DNA of 64,000 nucleotides. It comes from Deltaproteobacteria bacterium. GTDB lineage: Bacteria > Desulfobacterota > Binatia > UTPRO1. Shown one piece after another: positions 20,850 through 31,580 of the stretch; position 1 is the first letter of the stretch; each line of letters begins with the position of its first letter. Under the pieces are notes generated by a model. The model saw nothing but the letters and a program-made list of their open reading frames with translations. It was not told where the DNA came from and made no database searches. Position numbers and translations under genes: made by a program. The stretch spans positions 1,980 through 65,979 of the forward strand of contig JAJCZP010000260.1 in the NCBI GenBank assembly GCA_029262315.1, given 5' to 3'.

Positions 20850-21155
20850 GGATAATCCTCCTAGAGCATCGAGTGTGGTTTATGGAGGGCCCACCGTCTC
20901 GGCGCACGGGTACACAGAGCGCGCGGGAGTGGCTGTGGAAATTTTACGATCGGCGGCACCATCAGGACGACAGGAAACGACACAGAATACAGAACGTTAG
21001 TACGCATGCCGAAGTGCACCGGGGATGTCAACGGCGCACCGTGTCATAGCAAGTGCGATAGGGCTTCGCCGGACCCTCCTTGTGGGAACCCGTCGAGGAC
21101 CATACGCTGATCCTGCGAGTCCATCGGCTCGGGCCAATCGACGTGTGGAGGATGC

Positions 21156-21938
21156 ATGACGAAGAGTGGGTTCCTTTCATTGGCGACGGCGGTGCTCCTC
21201 ATGGGCCAAGCCGGCACTGCCGTAGGCATGGACAGCGAGTCGCTGCGACTCCTGCTACTCGGCACGCAGGACAACAACACGCCGCGCACGCTGCTACGCG
21301 CCGATGTCGAACTAGCCCTGAAGACACATGCTGGCGAGCGCGCGACCGAGGCAATCGCGCTTTTCGTTCCCGGGAAGGACGCGCGTTGGTACCTCCAAGT
21401 AAAAGACCCGGCTATCTCCGCGTTGATCTTGGGTACCGAGCGCAAGGTCCTTCAACGCACCGAGAACGGCACCGACACGGTCCCGATCAGCGCATCCATC
21501 GGGAATCTCGACATCAGCTATGAGGATCTCAGTCGCTTCATCGAGAGCGACCTCAAGCTCTGGCAGATCACCGATGAGAGCCGAGACAAGGTCCTCATCG
21601 GCGGCCACGCCAAAGCCAAGTCCGCCTACGTCTACCGTGCGTACAGCATCGACAAGGAGCGAAAGGTCATCCTGAAGGCGCAATTCTACTCGGAATCACT
21701 CAGCAACCTGGTCAAGCTCCGCGTCGACGAAGAACACGTCCTCATCGGGAAAAAGTGGCACCCGGGCAAGATCGAGATCCAGAACTTCCCCGAGAACTCG
21801 ACGACGACGCTGCGCCTGCGCTGGAAGCAGGCGGCAACCGCGCCGCCGGAACTGCTCGCGGCCGAGAGTTTCTCATCAACGACGCCGCTACCGTGGCCGC
21901 CCGTCGCGAGTGCCTCCGGCGACACGGCGGGCGAATAG
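21156..21938 (+). CDS. Secreted LolA-like / outer-membrane lipoprotein-sorting-like protein (hypothetical)
   Basis: Signal peptide and GGAGGA RBS. The family assignment is a weak inference from composition and length. Confidence 0.5.
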   Translation: MTKSGFLSLATAVLLMGQAGTAVGMDSESLRLLLLGTQDNNTPRTLLRADVELALKTHAGERATEAIALFVPGKDARWYLQVKDPAISALILGTERKVLQRTENGTDTVPISASIGNLDISYEDLSRFIESDLKLWQITDESRDKVLIGGHAKAKSAYVYRAYSIDKERKVILKAQFYSESLSNLVKLRVDEEHVLIGKKWHPGKIEIQNFPENSTTTLRLRWKQAATAPPELLAAESFSSTTPLPWPPVASASGDTAGE

Positions 21939-21993
21939 ACAGCCTCGTCCGACGCTGGCCGGCGCGCGCCATGCGAGAGCGGGAATCGACTGC

Positions 21994-23487
21994 CTACTCG
22001 ACGTAGCCGAGTGATTTGAGGCGCTCGCGCGCCTCGGCGGACACTCGCGGCGCAACCTTCGGCGCGGTCAACAGCTCCCCTTTCGCGTACTCTGCGGGGC
22101 GGCCGGCCGGATCGGGATCGGTCCTACTGAGTTCGACGAGTCGCGTGGGGATCGGAGCACTCGGGTCCCACGGCTGCGCCCGCAGCTCATCAGGGTCGCC
22201 AACGAGATCATAGCGGCGCTGCTGTGTCGTCGCCCGACTGGGCGCCCACACCTGTGTCATCCACTTCGCATCGCGAGTCACCGCTGCGCGCCACTGCTTC
22301 TTTCTGCCCCACGTAGCCTCGACGAACACAGGCCGGGTCGCAGTCAACCCGGTACCATCGCGAAGATCGACCGGGCGCATGGTCGGCGGCGGCGCCGCCC
22401 CGATGAAGCGAAGGATCGTCGGCGCGATGTCGACCCCCGAGGCCGGTTCCTCGCGTCGCGCGCTCACGATGCCCGGCCCGCGGAGCATCAACGGCACCCG
22501 TACGATCTCGTCATAGACATGGTACCCGTGCGTGAACCAACGCTCGTGTTCCATCATGCTCTCGCCGTGATCGGCGGTGAACACGACGAGCGCATCGTCG
22601 ATCGAACGCAGCGCGGCGAACCGGTCGAGAAGCCGTCCGATCTCCGCGTCGGTATACGCGATCTCTTCGTCGTAGCGATCAACATAGGCGAGACCGTCGG
22701 TCACGCCGGGCTCGCGCTGATAGGCAGGCACGCGAGCGATCTTGATCGGCCGCGCGCCCTCATGCGTGAACGAACGCGGCCGGTCGGCGGGTGGGCGATA
22801 CGGCCCATGCGGATCGATGTAGTGCACCCAAAGAAACACGGGGCGGGCGGGATCCGCGCGGCCCGCAAGCCAGCGAAGCGCCGCATCGGTCGTGCGAACC
22901 GCGTTCCGCTCGTACACGACCCGCGACGATTCCCGCTCGTCGACGAAATCGTCGTAGTGATCGAATCGGTCCGCCAATCCGATGGCCTCGTCGGTCAAGA
23001 CCATGTTCGACACGATGGCGGCGGTCTCGTATCGATCAGGCAGGAGCTCAGGAAGAACGGGCGTCGCCGCCGGGAGCAATTGGTAGAGCAATCGGACGCC
23101 GTGCTCCTGGGGAAGCAATCCTGAAAGAACACTCACGAGGCTCGGCGACGTGTTGGCTTCGGTCGAGTACGCCCGCTCGTAGATTGCGCCGTCCCCGAAC
23201 CAGCGATCGAGTTGCGGCGTCGTCGCGCGCCCGTAACCGTAGAGGCTCAGATGATCGGCCCGCAAGGTATCGACGGTAATGAGGAGCACATCGGCAGGAC
23301 CACGCGCGGGACCGCGCGCGGGGCCGCGACACCCGGTGCCACCGAAAAGACAAGCAATCGCGACGAACGTAGCGATCACTAGACGCGGCAGCGCGCTAGC
23401 TGGACGACCGCGGGCCCGCGTCGATCGTATCGCGGAGAGGATTTCGCCGATCGCCCGCTCGGCAGGCGGTGCGGGTATCGCGGTCAC
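21994..23487 (-). CDS. Sulfatase-like hydrolase/transferase (alkaline-phosphatase superfamily)
   Basis: ITVDTLRADHL metal site and TADHGE. The N-terminal TM/signal region contains a GPARGPARGPA repeat. The canonical C/S-x-P-x-R motif is replaced by S-P-S-L. Confidence 0.8.
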   Translation of the reverse strand: MTAIPAPPAERAIGEILSAIRSTRARGRPASALPRLVIATFVAIACLFGGTGCRGPARGPARGPADVLLITVDTLRADHLSLYGYGRATTPQLDRWFGDGAIYERAYSTEANTSPSLVSVLSGLLPQEHGVRLLYQLLPAATPVLPELLPDRYETAAIVSNMVLTDEAIGLADRFDHYDDFVDERESSRVVYERNAVRTTDAALRWLAGRADPARPVFLWVHYIDPHGPYRPPADRPRSFTHEGARPIKIARVPAYQREPGVTDGLAYVDRYDEEIAYTDAEIGRLLDRFAALRSIDDALVVFTADHGESMMEHERWFTHGYHVYDEIVRVPLMLRGPGIVSARREEPASGVDIAPTILRFIGAAPPPTMRPVDLRDGTGLTATRPVFVEATWGRKKQWRAAVTRDAKWMTQVWAPSRATTQQRRYDLVGDPDELRAQPWDPSAPIPTRLVELSRTDPDPAGRPAEYAKGELLTAPKVAPRVSAEARERLKSLGYVE

Positions 23488-24353
23488 GACGCGCCGTCGA
23501 GCTGACAGATCGCGGTCTGCCGGTACGGTCGCTGGAGCGCGAAGGACAGGCGATCGAGCACCATACCGCCTGCGACCAGATACCAGGGCGCGGGCTCACT
23601 CAACCACCGGCCCAGATACGCGCGATCACCGCGCCAACGTTTTACCGTAAACCCGCTCCCGTCGAGGAGTCGATGCAGGGAGTTCCGCGTGAAGAAGTAG
23701 TTGTGGCGCCCGTCGTACAGCAGCTCGATGGCGCGAACCGCGCGGCGGCCGCTCGCGCGGTAGAGGGCGTCCCCGGCCATGTTGAAGAGGCTCGTCGTAT
23801 CGATGGTGAAGACCAAGAGCGCGCCCCCCGGTGCCAGCAGCTGGCGCGCTTTCTGGAGTACGGCGATAGGATCGACGACATGCTCGAGCAGATCCCACAT
23901 CGTGATGGCGTTGAAGACTCCCGGTTCGAACGGAGCCTGGAGAAAATCCCCCTGCCAGACTTCGAGCGAGTAACGCTCCTTGGCCGCGGCAACATGTCGC
24001 GTCGAGAATTCGACACCTGATCCCTCCCAGCCCGCTTCCCTGGCAAGATCGAGAAAGACGCCGTTGCCACAGCCGACATCCAACAACCGCCCCGGTGCGG
24101 TCATGCGCGCAAGATCGTCCAACCCTCGTCGATAGATCGCGATCTCCGGTCCGACACCACGCGCCGCCGTCCGCCCATCCTGGAAATACGCGCTGGCATG
24201 GTACGCGTCCGCCTCGTACATCGCCGTCAGCTCGGTCGGCGTCGGCAACGGGTGGCGCACTCGAAGGCCGCAGTCACGACACTCGTAGACGTCGAACGGT
24301 CGGAGCGCGTAGCGCCGGACCAGACTCCCCCCACCGCAGCTAGCGCAGGTCAC
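23484..24353 (-). CDS. Class I SAM-dependent methyltransferase with an N-terminal zinc ribbon
   Basis: CASCGG ... CRDCG. MTase motif LLDVGCGNGVF. Confidence 0.8.
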   Translation of the reverse strand: MTCASCGGGSLVRRYALRPFDVYECRDCGLRVRHPLPTPTELTAMYEADAYHASAYFQDGRTAARGVGPEIAIYRRGLDDLARMTAPGRLLDVGCGNGVFLDLAREAGWEGSGVEFSTRHVAAAKERYSLEVWQGDFLQAPFEPGVFNAITMWDLLEHVVDPIAVLQKARQLLAPGGALLVFTIDTTSLFNMAGDALYRASGRRAVRAIELLYDGRHNYFFTRNSLHRLLDGSGFTVKRWRGDRAYLGRWLSEPAPWYLVAGGMVLDRLSFALQRPYRQTAICQLDGAS

Positions 24354-26443
24354 GACGCATCCTGCATGGAATCCACCCGGACCGCTGCATCCACGAGTAT
24401 GAAGTCCGGATCGGCCGCGGGGGCCAGCGTGAGACGATAGGGACCAGCTCCGGCGGGAACCGCCACCGGCATCACCCGTCGCACGGTTTCACCCGCTGCC
24501 ATCGCCAGTGGCAGCAGGACGGAATGCGTCTCCTCCGCGACGAGCACATCGCTGGCATCATACCACCGCGCAACGACCAGTGTCGGCACAATAGGATCGG
24601 CGTGCCGGTAGGTCGCGGCCCCACGATTCGTCAGGGTCACGGCAACCGTGTCCGCGCCCGCCATCGCCACCTCCTCGGTCGGCGCACCGGCATGCCGAAG
24701 GGCCGCGAGACCCTCCACAACCGGAGCGTCGCTCTGCAGGCGGTACAGCGTGTGGGTAAAGGTCCGCCCGATCTCGACCAGGTGCTCCGGCCGCGGCAAT
24801 GGAACGACCGGCGGCGGGCGCCGACGCCCTGGAACGATAACGTGGACGACGACCGTCCGGAAGCCGAGCGCGTAGAGCGCGGCGCCAGCCCCCGGATCGA
24901 TATGCACGCGAGCGGCAAGCGCCTCGATCTCTTCTTGGATGGGAGTCCGAAAAGAATTGTAGCAGGACGCGACCGGTTGTCCGTGGAAGGCACCCAACCA
25001 CACATGCTGGGCCAGATAGGCGAAACTTCCGAACCCCGACTCGAGCGGGATGTCGAGCACCGCCCCCTCGTCGATGCTGTCGTAAAGCGCGAGTAGCTTG
25101 GGATGAGGGCGCACATGGAACGGCACCATCTCCACCGTTTGACCGAAACTCACACGAGCAACGGGCGGCGCCAACACCTCGAGCAACACTCCGACGACGA
25201 GGAGCGCCGTGACAAGGGCTCGCGCTCCTCGCCCGCGATGCTCGACGATCGCCAGGACGCCGTAACCCGCCAGGAAAGCGCCGACCAGTCCGATCCCTGA
25301 CTCGATCGCACCGCCCACACGTACCAGACCCAACCCGGGTATCACGTCGGCGAGCAGCGTCAGCAGATTCGGGACATGCCACCCGAAAACCGAGAACCCC
25401 AACGCGGCGGCCCAGAGCGTGACCACGCCGGCGGTCAAGAGCACGAGCCGAGGATCGTCTCCCCGTTCGGCACGTCGCCCACGAAGCCGATCGAGAAGAC
25501 CGACGGCAAGCAGACCGAGGAGGATCGTACCCAGATACCCCTGCGCGCCCCACAGGTATCGTGTCAGCGGATAGAGGACCTTGCCACGGCCCCCGACTGC
25601 CGGCCAGAGCGCGTGCGTTTGGGCGTAGGGCGCAAGCACCCAAAATGCAATCACGCCGAGAAACACGGCCGACGCGGCGAGCTTGGGCGCAAACGAGGCC
25701 CATCGGTCACGATAGCGGTAGAGCAGGTACGGGCCGTACACTCCTCCCAGCAACCCGATGGTCAACACAGGATACGCGCCCTCGACGAACTGCAGCCCGA
25801 GGAAGACCGTCAATCCGAACGCGTCCCGCCATCGGCAACGTGCACAGACCCGATGCGCGAACAGAAGTACGAGCGGCGCCCACACGATCCCGTAGACGAA
25901 CGGATGGCCGGTATCGGTCAGCCGAATCGGCTGCAGGCCGAAGAGCAGCCCCGCGATCACGGCGGCCGGCACGCTCCGTGTCCAGTAGAGCACGAGGGCG
26001 TACATCGCCATCGCAGCAATCCAGTGCGTCGCGAGCAACACCACGTTGTACGTGAGGATGGGATCTCGAGTGAACGCATAGGGAACGACGGCTCGAATCC
26101 CGGGCCCGATCATATGCTCTCCGAGCGTTGTTGCATTCGCGATCGGGAAGCATTGGGGTCCTTCCATGATCTGCAACGGTTGCGTGACCAGTGCGCGCGC
26201 ATTGTGCGCGGTCAACATCGCAACGAACTTCTGATCGTTGTGGAGGGTCTCCCTCCACCGCGGGGTCACGTCGTCGACGAAGGTGGCATACGGGAAAGCG
26301 GTGGTCGCGACCGGGATGATGGCTCGGAAGGCCCACATGATGGCAGCGAGGTACAGGAGCGCTGCACCGAGTGTCGGACGACGGAACACGTCGGTAGCGG
26401 GCTGTACCACCCGCACTCCTCGCCCGCCAGGTCTCGTGGCCAT
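24350..26443 (-). CDS. Large polytopic membrane protein (>=12 TM), possibly a GT-C-fold glycosyltransferase-like protein
   Basis: Hydrophobic helices run throughout. The start was set at the ATG downstream of the DJ-1 gene, because the upstream in-frame extension overlaps gene 26518..27120. Confidence 0.55.
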   Translation of the reverse strand: MATRPGGRGVRVVQPATDVFRRPTLGAALLYLAAIMWAFRAIIPVATTAFPYATFVDDVTPRWRETLHNDQKFVAMLTAHNARALVTQPLQIMEGPQCFPIANATTLGEHMIGPGIRAVVPYAFTRDPILTYNVVLLATHWIAAMAMYALVLYWTRSVPAAVIAGLLFGLQPIRLTDTGHPFVYGIVWAPLVLLFAHRVCARCRWRDAFGLTVFLGLQFVEGAYPVLTIGLLGGVYGPYLLYRYRDRWASFAPKLAASAVFLGVIAFWVLAPYAQTHALWPAVGGRGKVLYPLTRYLWGAQGYLGTILLGLLAVGLLDRLRGRRAERGDDPRLVLLTAGVVTLWAAALGFSVFGWHVPNLLTLLADVIPGLGLVRVGGAIESGIGLVGAFLAGYGVLAIVEHRGRGARALVTALLVVGVLLEVLAPPVARVSFGQTVEMVPFHVRPHPKLLALYDSIDEGAVLDIPLESGFGSFAYLAQHVWLGAFHGQPVASCYNSFRTPIQEEIEALAARVHIDPGAGAALYALGFRTVVVHVIVPGRRRPPPVVPLPRPEHLVEIGRTFTHTLYRLQSDAPVVEGLAALRHAGAPTEEVAMAGADTVAVTLTNRGAATYRHADPIVPTLVVARWYDASDVLVAEETHSVLLPLAMAAGETVRRVMPVAVPAGAGPYRLTLAPAADPDFILVDAAVRVDSMQDAS

Positions 26444-26517
26444 CGCGGCGCGGAGGCCAACGGTACCCCACCTGGCACGCGCCACACGATCGAGCGCGCC
26501 GCACCAAGCACCCGCGC

Positions 26518-27120
26518 TCAGACGTCGGCGGTATACGGGGGCGCCGGGTCGTACTCCATGTGCCGCTGTACCGTGCGAGCCACATCGACGCCGTGGATCT
26601 GGCCGACGAGCCAGAGCGCCATGTCGATGCCGGCCGACACGCCCGCGGCACTCACGAGATTGCCATCCCGAACGTAGCGCACGCCGTCGAGCACCGTGAC
26701 ATCGCCACGAGCACGGAGGCTCTCGACGAATGCCCAATGCGTCGTGACGCGCCGCCCCCGCGTCGATCCGGCCTCGTGCAGCAGCAACGCACCGGTGCAG
26801 ACACTCGTCACCCAGGTGCAGGAGGACACCACACCGCGCAGCCAATCGACCAGGACGGGGTTGTCGACCTCCCGGCGCGTCCCCTGCCCGCCCGGGACCA
26901 GGACCACGTCGAGCGCCGGCGCATCCGCGAAGCTGTGATCGGGCAGCACACGCAGCGCCTTGGCACACCGAATCGGGCGCACCTCCTCGGCAATGGTGAC
27001 GAGCCGGCCCGCCATCCCAAGCTGGAGCATCACGCCGAACACTTCCCAGGGCCCGGCGAAGTCGAGTTCCTCGACGTCGTCGAACAGCAAAATGCCAATG
27101 GTCGGACCCTGATCGGTCAT
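26518..27120 (-). CDS. DJ-1/PfpI family protein
   Basis: Nucleophile elbow SVCTGALLL. Typical 200-aa length. Overlaps the upstream regulator stop by ATGA. Confidence 0.85.
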   Translation of the reverse strand: MTDQGPTIGILLFDDVEELDFAGPWEVFGVMLQLGMAGRLVTIAEEVRPIRCAKALRVLPDHSFADAPALDVVLVPGGQGTRREVDNPVLVDWLRGVVSSCTWVTSVCTGALLLHEAGSTRGRRVTTHWAFVESLRARGDVTVLDGVRYVRDGNLVSAAGVSAGIDMALWLVGQIHGVDVARTVQRHMEYDPAPPYTADV

Positions 27121-28226
27121 GCTGACGCTCCCTCCCCCAGGTGCGGGCCGCCGCCCGTCTTGAGCCGGCTCGGGTCACCGCCCGTCTTGAACCGGCTGCG
27201 ATAGGCATGCGGCCCGACGCGCACCGTGCGGAGAAAGGCACGCCGCATCGACTCGCTGCTTCCAAAGCCGGCCGACATCGCCACGCCATCGACACCGTCA
27301 GACGAATCCTCGAGCCGCCGACGCGCCGTCTCAACGCGAACGGCCTCCACGTATCGCGCCGGAGTCATCCCCACCTGGTGGGCAAACACTCGCGCGAAGT
27401 TCCGCGGACTCATCCCGGCACGTTTCGCCAACGCGGTGACCGACAAGTCGGCATTGGGATGCTCGCCAATCCACGTCTGGAGATCTCGAATCGGCTCGCG
27501 CTCCGCCGACTGCGCCGCGAGCTGCGCGCTGAACTGCGATTGGCCACCCGGGCGACGAAGAAAGAGCACCAGCTGGCGCGCCACCGCGAGTGCGATCTCC
27601 CGACCCTGATCCTCCTCGAGCAGCGCAAGCGCGAGATCCATTCCAGCGGTCACCCCCGCGGATGTGTAGAGGTTGCCGTCCCGAACGAAAATGGGATCGG
27701 GGTCGACTTCGACCTCCGGATAGTGCGTCGCCAACGCCTGGCACGAGCCCCAATGGGTCGTCACGCGCCGCCCATCGAGAAGCCCGGCCTCGGCCAACAC
27801 GAAGGTGCCGCTACACACGGAACCGATGCGGCGTACACGCGGGGCCATCCGGCGGATCCACGCGAGAAGCTTCGTATCCGCCATCGCCACGGGTGTGCCG
27901 AGGCCGCCCGCGACGAGCAGAGTGTCGATGCCACCTCGCACATCGCGCAACGCGCGGTCTGCGATCAGCTTCAAGCCCGATGACGTTACGAGCGGACCCG
28001 CCCGTGAGGCCAGAATCTCGACCTCGTAGCGGGAATCGTGGCCCGCGCCGCACAACGCCCGACTGGCCGTCGCGAACACCTCGAGCGGCCCGGTGACATC
28101 GAGGATCTGTACGTCGGGATACGCCACGACCGCGATCCTTCTGGCCGTAGCCTCCGGCGGGTGCGGCCGACGCCCACGCGCCTGGTTGGCGGTTCGCTGC
28201 GCGCTCCTGAGTCGCTTGGTCGCCAT
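27117..28226 (-). CDS. GlxA-family transcriptional regulator (DJ-1/PfpI domain + AraC-type HTH)
   Basis: N-terminal DJ-1 domain (SVCSGTFVLAEAG). C-terminal AraC HTH (LAKRAGMSPRNFARVF). Confidence 0.8.
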   Translation of the reverse strand: MATKRLRSAQRTANQARGRRPHPPEATARRIAVVAYPDVQILDVTGPLEVFATASRALCGAGHDSRYEVEILASRAGPLVTSSGLKLIADRALRDVRGGIDTLLVAGGLGTPVAMADTKLLAWIRRMAPRVRRIGSVCSGTFVLAEAGLLDGRRVTTHWGSCQALATHYPEVEVDPDPIFVRDGNLYTSAGVTAGMDLALALLEEDQGREIALAVARQLVLFLRRPGGQSQFSAQLAAQSAEREPIRDLQTWIGEHPNADLSVTALAKRAGMSPRNFARVFAHQVGMTPARYVEAVRVETARRRLEDSSDGVDGVAMSAGFGSSESMRRAFLRTVRVGPHAYRSRFKTGGDPSRLKTGGGPHLGEGASA

Positions 28227-28326
28227 GCCGACAACATCGCATCGAGGGAGCATGGCTGCAATGCCATAGACCCCTCGCTTCCTGCCATCCCGGAGTCTGG
28301 AACCATCCGCGGCCCCTCCCCCGGAA

Positions 28327-29721
28327 CTACCGCCGATGCTTGGTCGCCCGCACCGCATCCGCCACACACTCGCGGAAGAGCCGATGCCAGTTGATGACCG
28401 TCCCGAACTGCTGAACGTACGACTCCATGCCAATCAACGCGCGCACGAGGAACAGGCGATGCCCCGGCGTCTTGAAGATGCGATGCTCGAGCCCGATCGA
28501 GGCGACCTCCATCGCCCGATCGATCGGATGGTAGTCGCGCGGGTCGTAGGGAGCATCGCGAAGCACGGGCTCGAAGATCAGACGCATGATCTCGACCATC
28601 GGCGCCGGATCGTCCTCCGCGTCGAGATAGCCGAGGGTCACGAAGCAGGTGTGCATCGCGAGGGCGTCGTCGGCAAGAATCGCTTGGGCGAGATCGACAT
28701 AGGCCCGCCGGATGACATCGGGAAACTCGCGAACGCTGCCGAGATCGAGCATGCAGAGGTGCGGATGGTGCGTGACGAGGTAGTTGCCGGGATGGGGATC
28801 GGTATGCAGCACGCCGAACTCGAATACCTGGCGCCACAAGACTCGGAAGTACTTCGCGGCCACCCAGTCTTTGATGTCCTGATCGACCCCGGGAGCGAGA
28901 ATGTCGCTCAGCGGGTACCCCTCGACGAACGTCATCGTGAGCACGCGACGCGACGAGAACGCCGGCCTCGGCTCGGGAATGACGACCTCGGGATCATCGG
29001 CGAACAACGCGCCGAACCGGACGAGACTGGCAGCCTCGCGCTCGTAGTCGAGCTCCTCGCGCAAGCGCTCTTCGAGCTCGACGTACAACTCGACCGGATC
29101 GATCTTCTGCCGCATGACGTCGCGCCCGATGTGCGCGAACACCTGCAGGAGCGCGTGCACGTTCTTGAGATCTTGATCGACCGTCTCCTCGACGCCCGGG
29201 TATTGGATCTTGACGACGACCTCCTCGCCGTCCGCCAAGGTGGCACGATGCACCTGCCCGAGCGACGCCGCCGCGAACGCCTCCTCCTCGAAGGTCGCGA
29301 AGAGATCCTCTGGAGGCGCGCCCAACTCACGCGCGAGTTGCGCGCGAATGGCGTCGTACGGCATGGGCGGCACGGAAGATTGGACGGCCGACAGCACCTC
29401 GAGGGCCTCGACCGGCAAGAGATCGCTCCGCATGCTCAACATCTGCGCCAGCTTCATGAAGGCGCCCTTGAGCTCGGTCGAACGATCGACGATCCGCATC
29501 GCCGTCCGGACGTGGGTGTCGAGCAATTCGCGCTCTGTCTCGACCTCCGTCTGAAACGGCCGCTTGAGTGCCTGCCAGAGATAGCTGCCGCCCACCGACG
29601 TCGTCAGTGACCCTACCTTCAAGACGCGGCGCGCGCGCCCGCTGGCAAGTGGAGCGGCCGGAGTCTTCGCGCGCCGTTTCTTGCGCGGCGGGGGACCGGG
29701 TGTGGGGGCGGGCGGCGGCAC
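28327..29721 (-). CDS. ABC1/UbiB-family atypical kinase
   Basis: AAASLGQVH ... VVKIQYPG, HTDPHPGN, MLDLG motifs of the ADCK/UbiB family. Confidence 0.85.
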   Translation of the reverse strand: MPPPAPTPGPPPRKKRRAKTPAAPLASGRARRVLKVGSLTTSVGGSYLWQALKRPFQTEVETERELLDTHVRTAMRIVDRSTELKGAFMKLAQMLSMRSDLLPVEALEVLSAVQSSVPPMPYDAIRAQLARELGAPPEDLFATFEEEAFAAASLGQVHRATLADGEEVVVKIQYPGVEETVDQDLKNVHALLQVFAHIGRDVMRQKIDPVELYVELEERLREELDYEREAASLVRFGALFADDPEVVIPEPRPAFSSRRVLTMTFVEGYPLSDILAPGVDQDIKDWVAAKYFRVLWRQVFEFGVLHTDPHPGNYLVTHHPHLCMLDLGSVREFPDVIRRAYVDLAQAILADDALAMHTCFVTLGYLDAEDDPAPMVEIMRLIFEPVLRDAPYDPRDYHPIDRAMEVASIGLEHRIFKTPGHRLFLVRALIGMESYVQQFGTVINWHRLFRECVADAVRATKHRR

Positions 29722-29727
29722 GATCCC

Positions 29728-30477
29728 TCAGAGATGATTGATGCGACTTGCCGCGATGCCAGCGCCGAAGCCGTTGTCGATGTTGACGACCGTCACACCG
29801 GCCGAGCAGGTATTCAGCATACCCAGTAGCGCGGCGAGGCCGCCGAAGCTTGCGCCGTAACCGACGCTCGTCGGCACAGCGATCACCGGAATCGCCACCA
29901 GTCCGCCCACCACGCTCGGAAGCGCCCCTTCCATGCCAGCGACCACGATCAGAACCCGCGCCGCGTCGAGCCGCGCACGATTCTCGAGCAACCGATGAAT
30001 CCCCGCGACGCCCACGTCGTACAACCGCTCGACGGCGTTGCCGGCCAGGGTCGCTGTCCACGCGGCCTCCTCGCAGACGGCATGATCGGAGGTCCCCGCG
30101 GACACCACGAGCACCGTCCCTTTGCCGGTGACCGTCACCGGAACCACTTCGCGCACCGCGAGCCGAGCCTCCGCCTCGTAGCGAAACTCAGGCGCAGCCT
30201 CGAGCAACGCGCGCGCCTGCTCGGGGCCGAGGCGCGTCACCAGGACGTTGTCGCCCCGGGCGACCAGTCGCTCGGCGATCTCCACGATGTGCACGACCGA
30301 CTTGCCCTCACCGAAGATCACCTCGGGCAACCCGGTCCGAAGACTGCGATGATGGTCGGGCTTTGCGAACGTCAGATCGCTAAACGGAAGGTCCCGCAGC
30401 GCCGCGAGCGCATCGGCGGTCGTCACCTCACCGCGCTGGACGCGGGTAAGCAGGTCTTCGAGCAGGCGCCGGTCCAT
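29728..30477 (-). CDS. larB: LarB-like (PurE-related) nickel-pincer cofactor biosynthesis carboxylase
   Basis: LarB-type N-terminus ([16 protein letters not shown]) plus a PurE-like C-terminal domain ([10 protein letters not shown] ... [12 protein letters not shown]). Confidence 0.7.
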   Translation of the reverse strand: MDRRLLEDLLTRVQRGEVTTADALAALRDLPFSDLTFAKPDHHRSLRTGLPEVIFGEGKSVVHIVEIAERLVARGDNVLVTRLGPEQARALLEAAPEFRYEAEARLAVREVVPVTVTGKGTVLVVSAGTSDHAVCEEAAWTATLAGNAVERLYDVGVAGIHRLLENRARLDAARVLIVVAGMEGALPSVVGGLVAIPVIAVPTSVGYGASFGGLAALLGMLNTCSAGVTVVNIDNGFGAGIAASRINHL

Positions 30478-30569
30478 GGCGGCCCGACGCTACTCCTCCC
30501 GCGGGACGCGTACAACACACCCCGAGGGGCGCGTAGAACACACGCCGCAGGAACCGCACGACACACACC

Positions 30570-31580
30570 TCACCTTGTACGGAAGTGAAGGTGCCCCAGC
30601 CGCGACGGCGTAGGCACGATCCGCCCCCGATCGTCGACGAGCTGCACGCCACGACCGCGGACGATCTCGCCAATGTGGGTGATCGGACAGCCGAACGTTC
30701 GCCGGGCGCGCGCTAGCGCGTCGAGTCGACTGGTGCGCACGGCAAAGAGCAGCTCGTAGTCCTCTCCGCCCGTCAACACGAGGGTACGCCGAGCGGCTGC
30801 CCCGAGCCCGGCGAGCGCCCGTGCGCGCGGCACGCAGTCGACGTGCACCCTCGCCGCGACGCCGCTCGCAACACAAATCCGATCGCAATCGACCAGCAGC
30901 CCATCGCTGAGATCGATCATGGCGGTTGCGAGTTCGCGCCGGGCCAGAGACTCGCCAGCCCGCAGACGCGCGATCGGACGCCGCCAACGGGCGATGGCCG
31001 AATCGGAGGCACCCCCGCGCCGAAGCCGTCGCACCCCGAGGGCGGCAGCACCGAGCGCGCCCGTGACGAACAGCTGATCGCCAACCCGCGCCGTCTGACG
31101 CCCGATCGAACGCGCCGGCGCTTCGCCGAGAAGCGCCACTGTCAGCGACAACTGGCGACCGTGCGCGAGATTGCCGCCCGCCAACGCAGCCCCCACCGCA
31201 CGCGCCCCGTCGCGCACCCCACGGACGATGTCTCGGAGCTCGGCCGCTGGGAAACGGCTCGACGCGACGACGGATAGCAACGCCGCCACTGGACGCCCCC
31301 CCATGGCGGCGATGTCGCTCGCGTTCACCGCGAATGCCCGCCGACCGAGTGCGCGAGCGCTCAACCACGTCCGCCGGAAGTGCACACCGTCGACCAACGC
31401 GTCGGTCGTCAGCAGCAGGGGTCGCCGACTGGACGCGACGACAGCGGCATCGTCTCCGGGACCGACCAGCACCCGTCCCCCGGACGGCACCAGGCGGCGA
31501 ATCTCGTCGAGCAGTGAGCGTTCGCCGCGGTCGGCGAGCGACTCAGCCAAACATCTCCTTGACCTTGTCGAGAAAGCCAC
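30570..31580 (-). CDS. thiL: Thiamine-monophosphate kinase ThiL
   Basis: GPGDDAAV ... DALVDGVHF ... AIR synthase-related fold. The GTG start overlaps the dnaJ 3' end by ~38 nt, so the start is uncertain. Confidence 0.75.
   Translation of the reverse strand: MAFSTRSRRCLAESLADRGERSLLDEIRRLVPSGGRVLVGPGDDAAVVASSRRPLLLTTDALVDGVHFRRTWLSARALGRRAFAVNASDIAAMGGRPVAALLSVVASSRFPAAELRDIVRGVRDGARAVGAALAGGNLAHGRQLSLTVALLGEAPARSIGRQTARVGDQLFVTGALGAAALGVRRLRRGGASDSAIARWRRPIARLRAGESLARRELATAMIDLSDGLLVDCDRICVASGVAARVHVDCVPRARALAGLGAAARRTLVLTGGEDYELLFAVRTSRLDALARARRTFGCPITHIGEIVRGRGVQLVDDRGRIVPTPSRLGHLHFRTR

Noticed and set aside
25376-26677. 433-aa plus ORF, and the upstream extension of the 994-aa minus ORF (26444..27334)
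   Set aside because: The plus ORF is antisense to the membrane-protein gene. The 5' extension of the 994-aa ORF overlaps the DJ-1 gene (26518..27120) in another frame, so the start was moved to the ATG at 26443.
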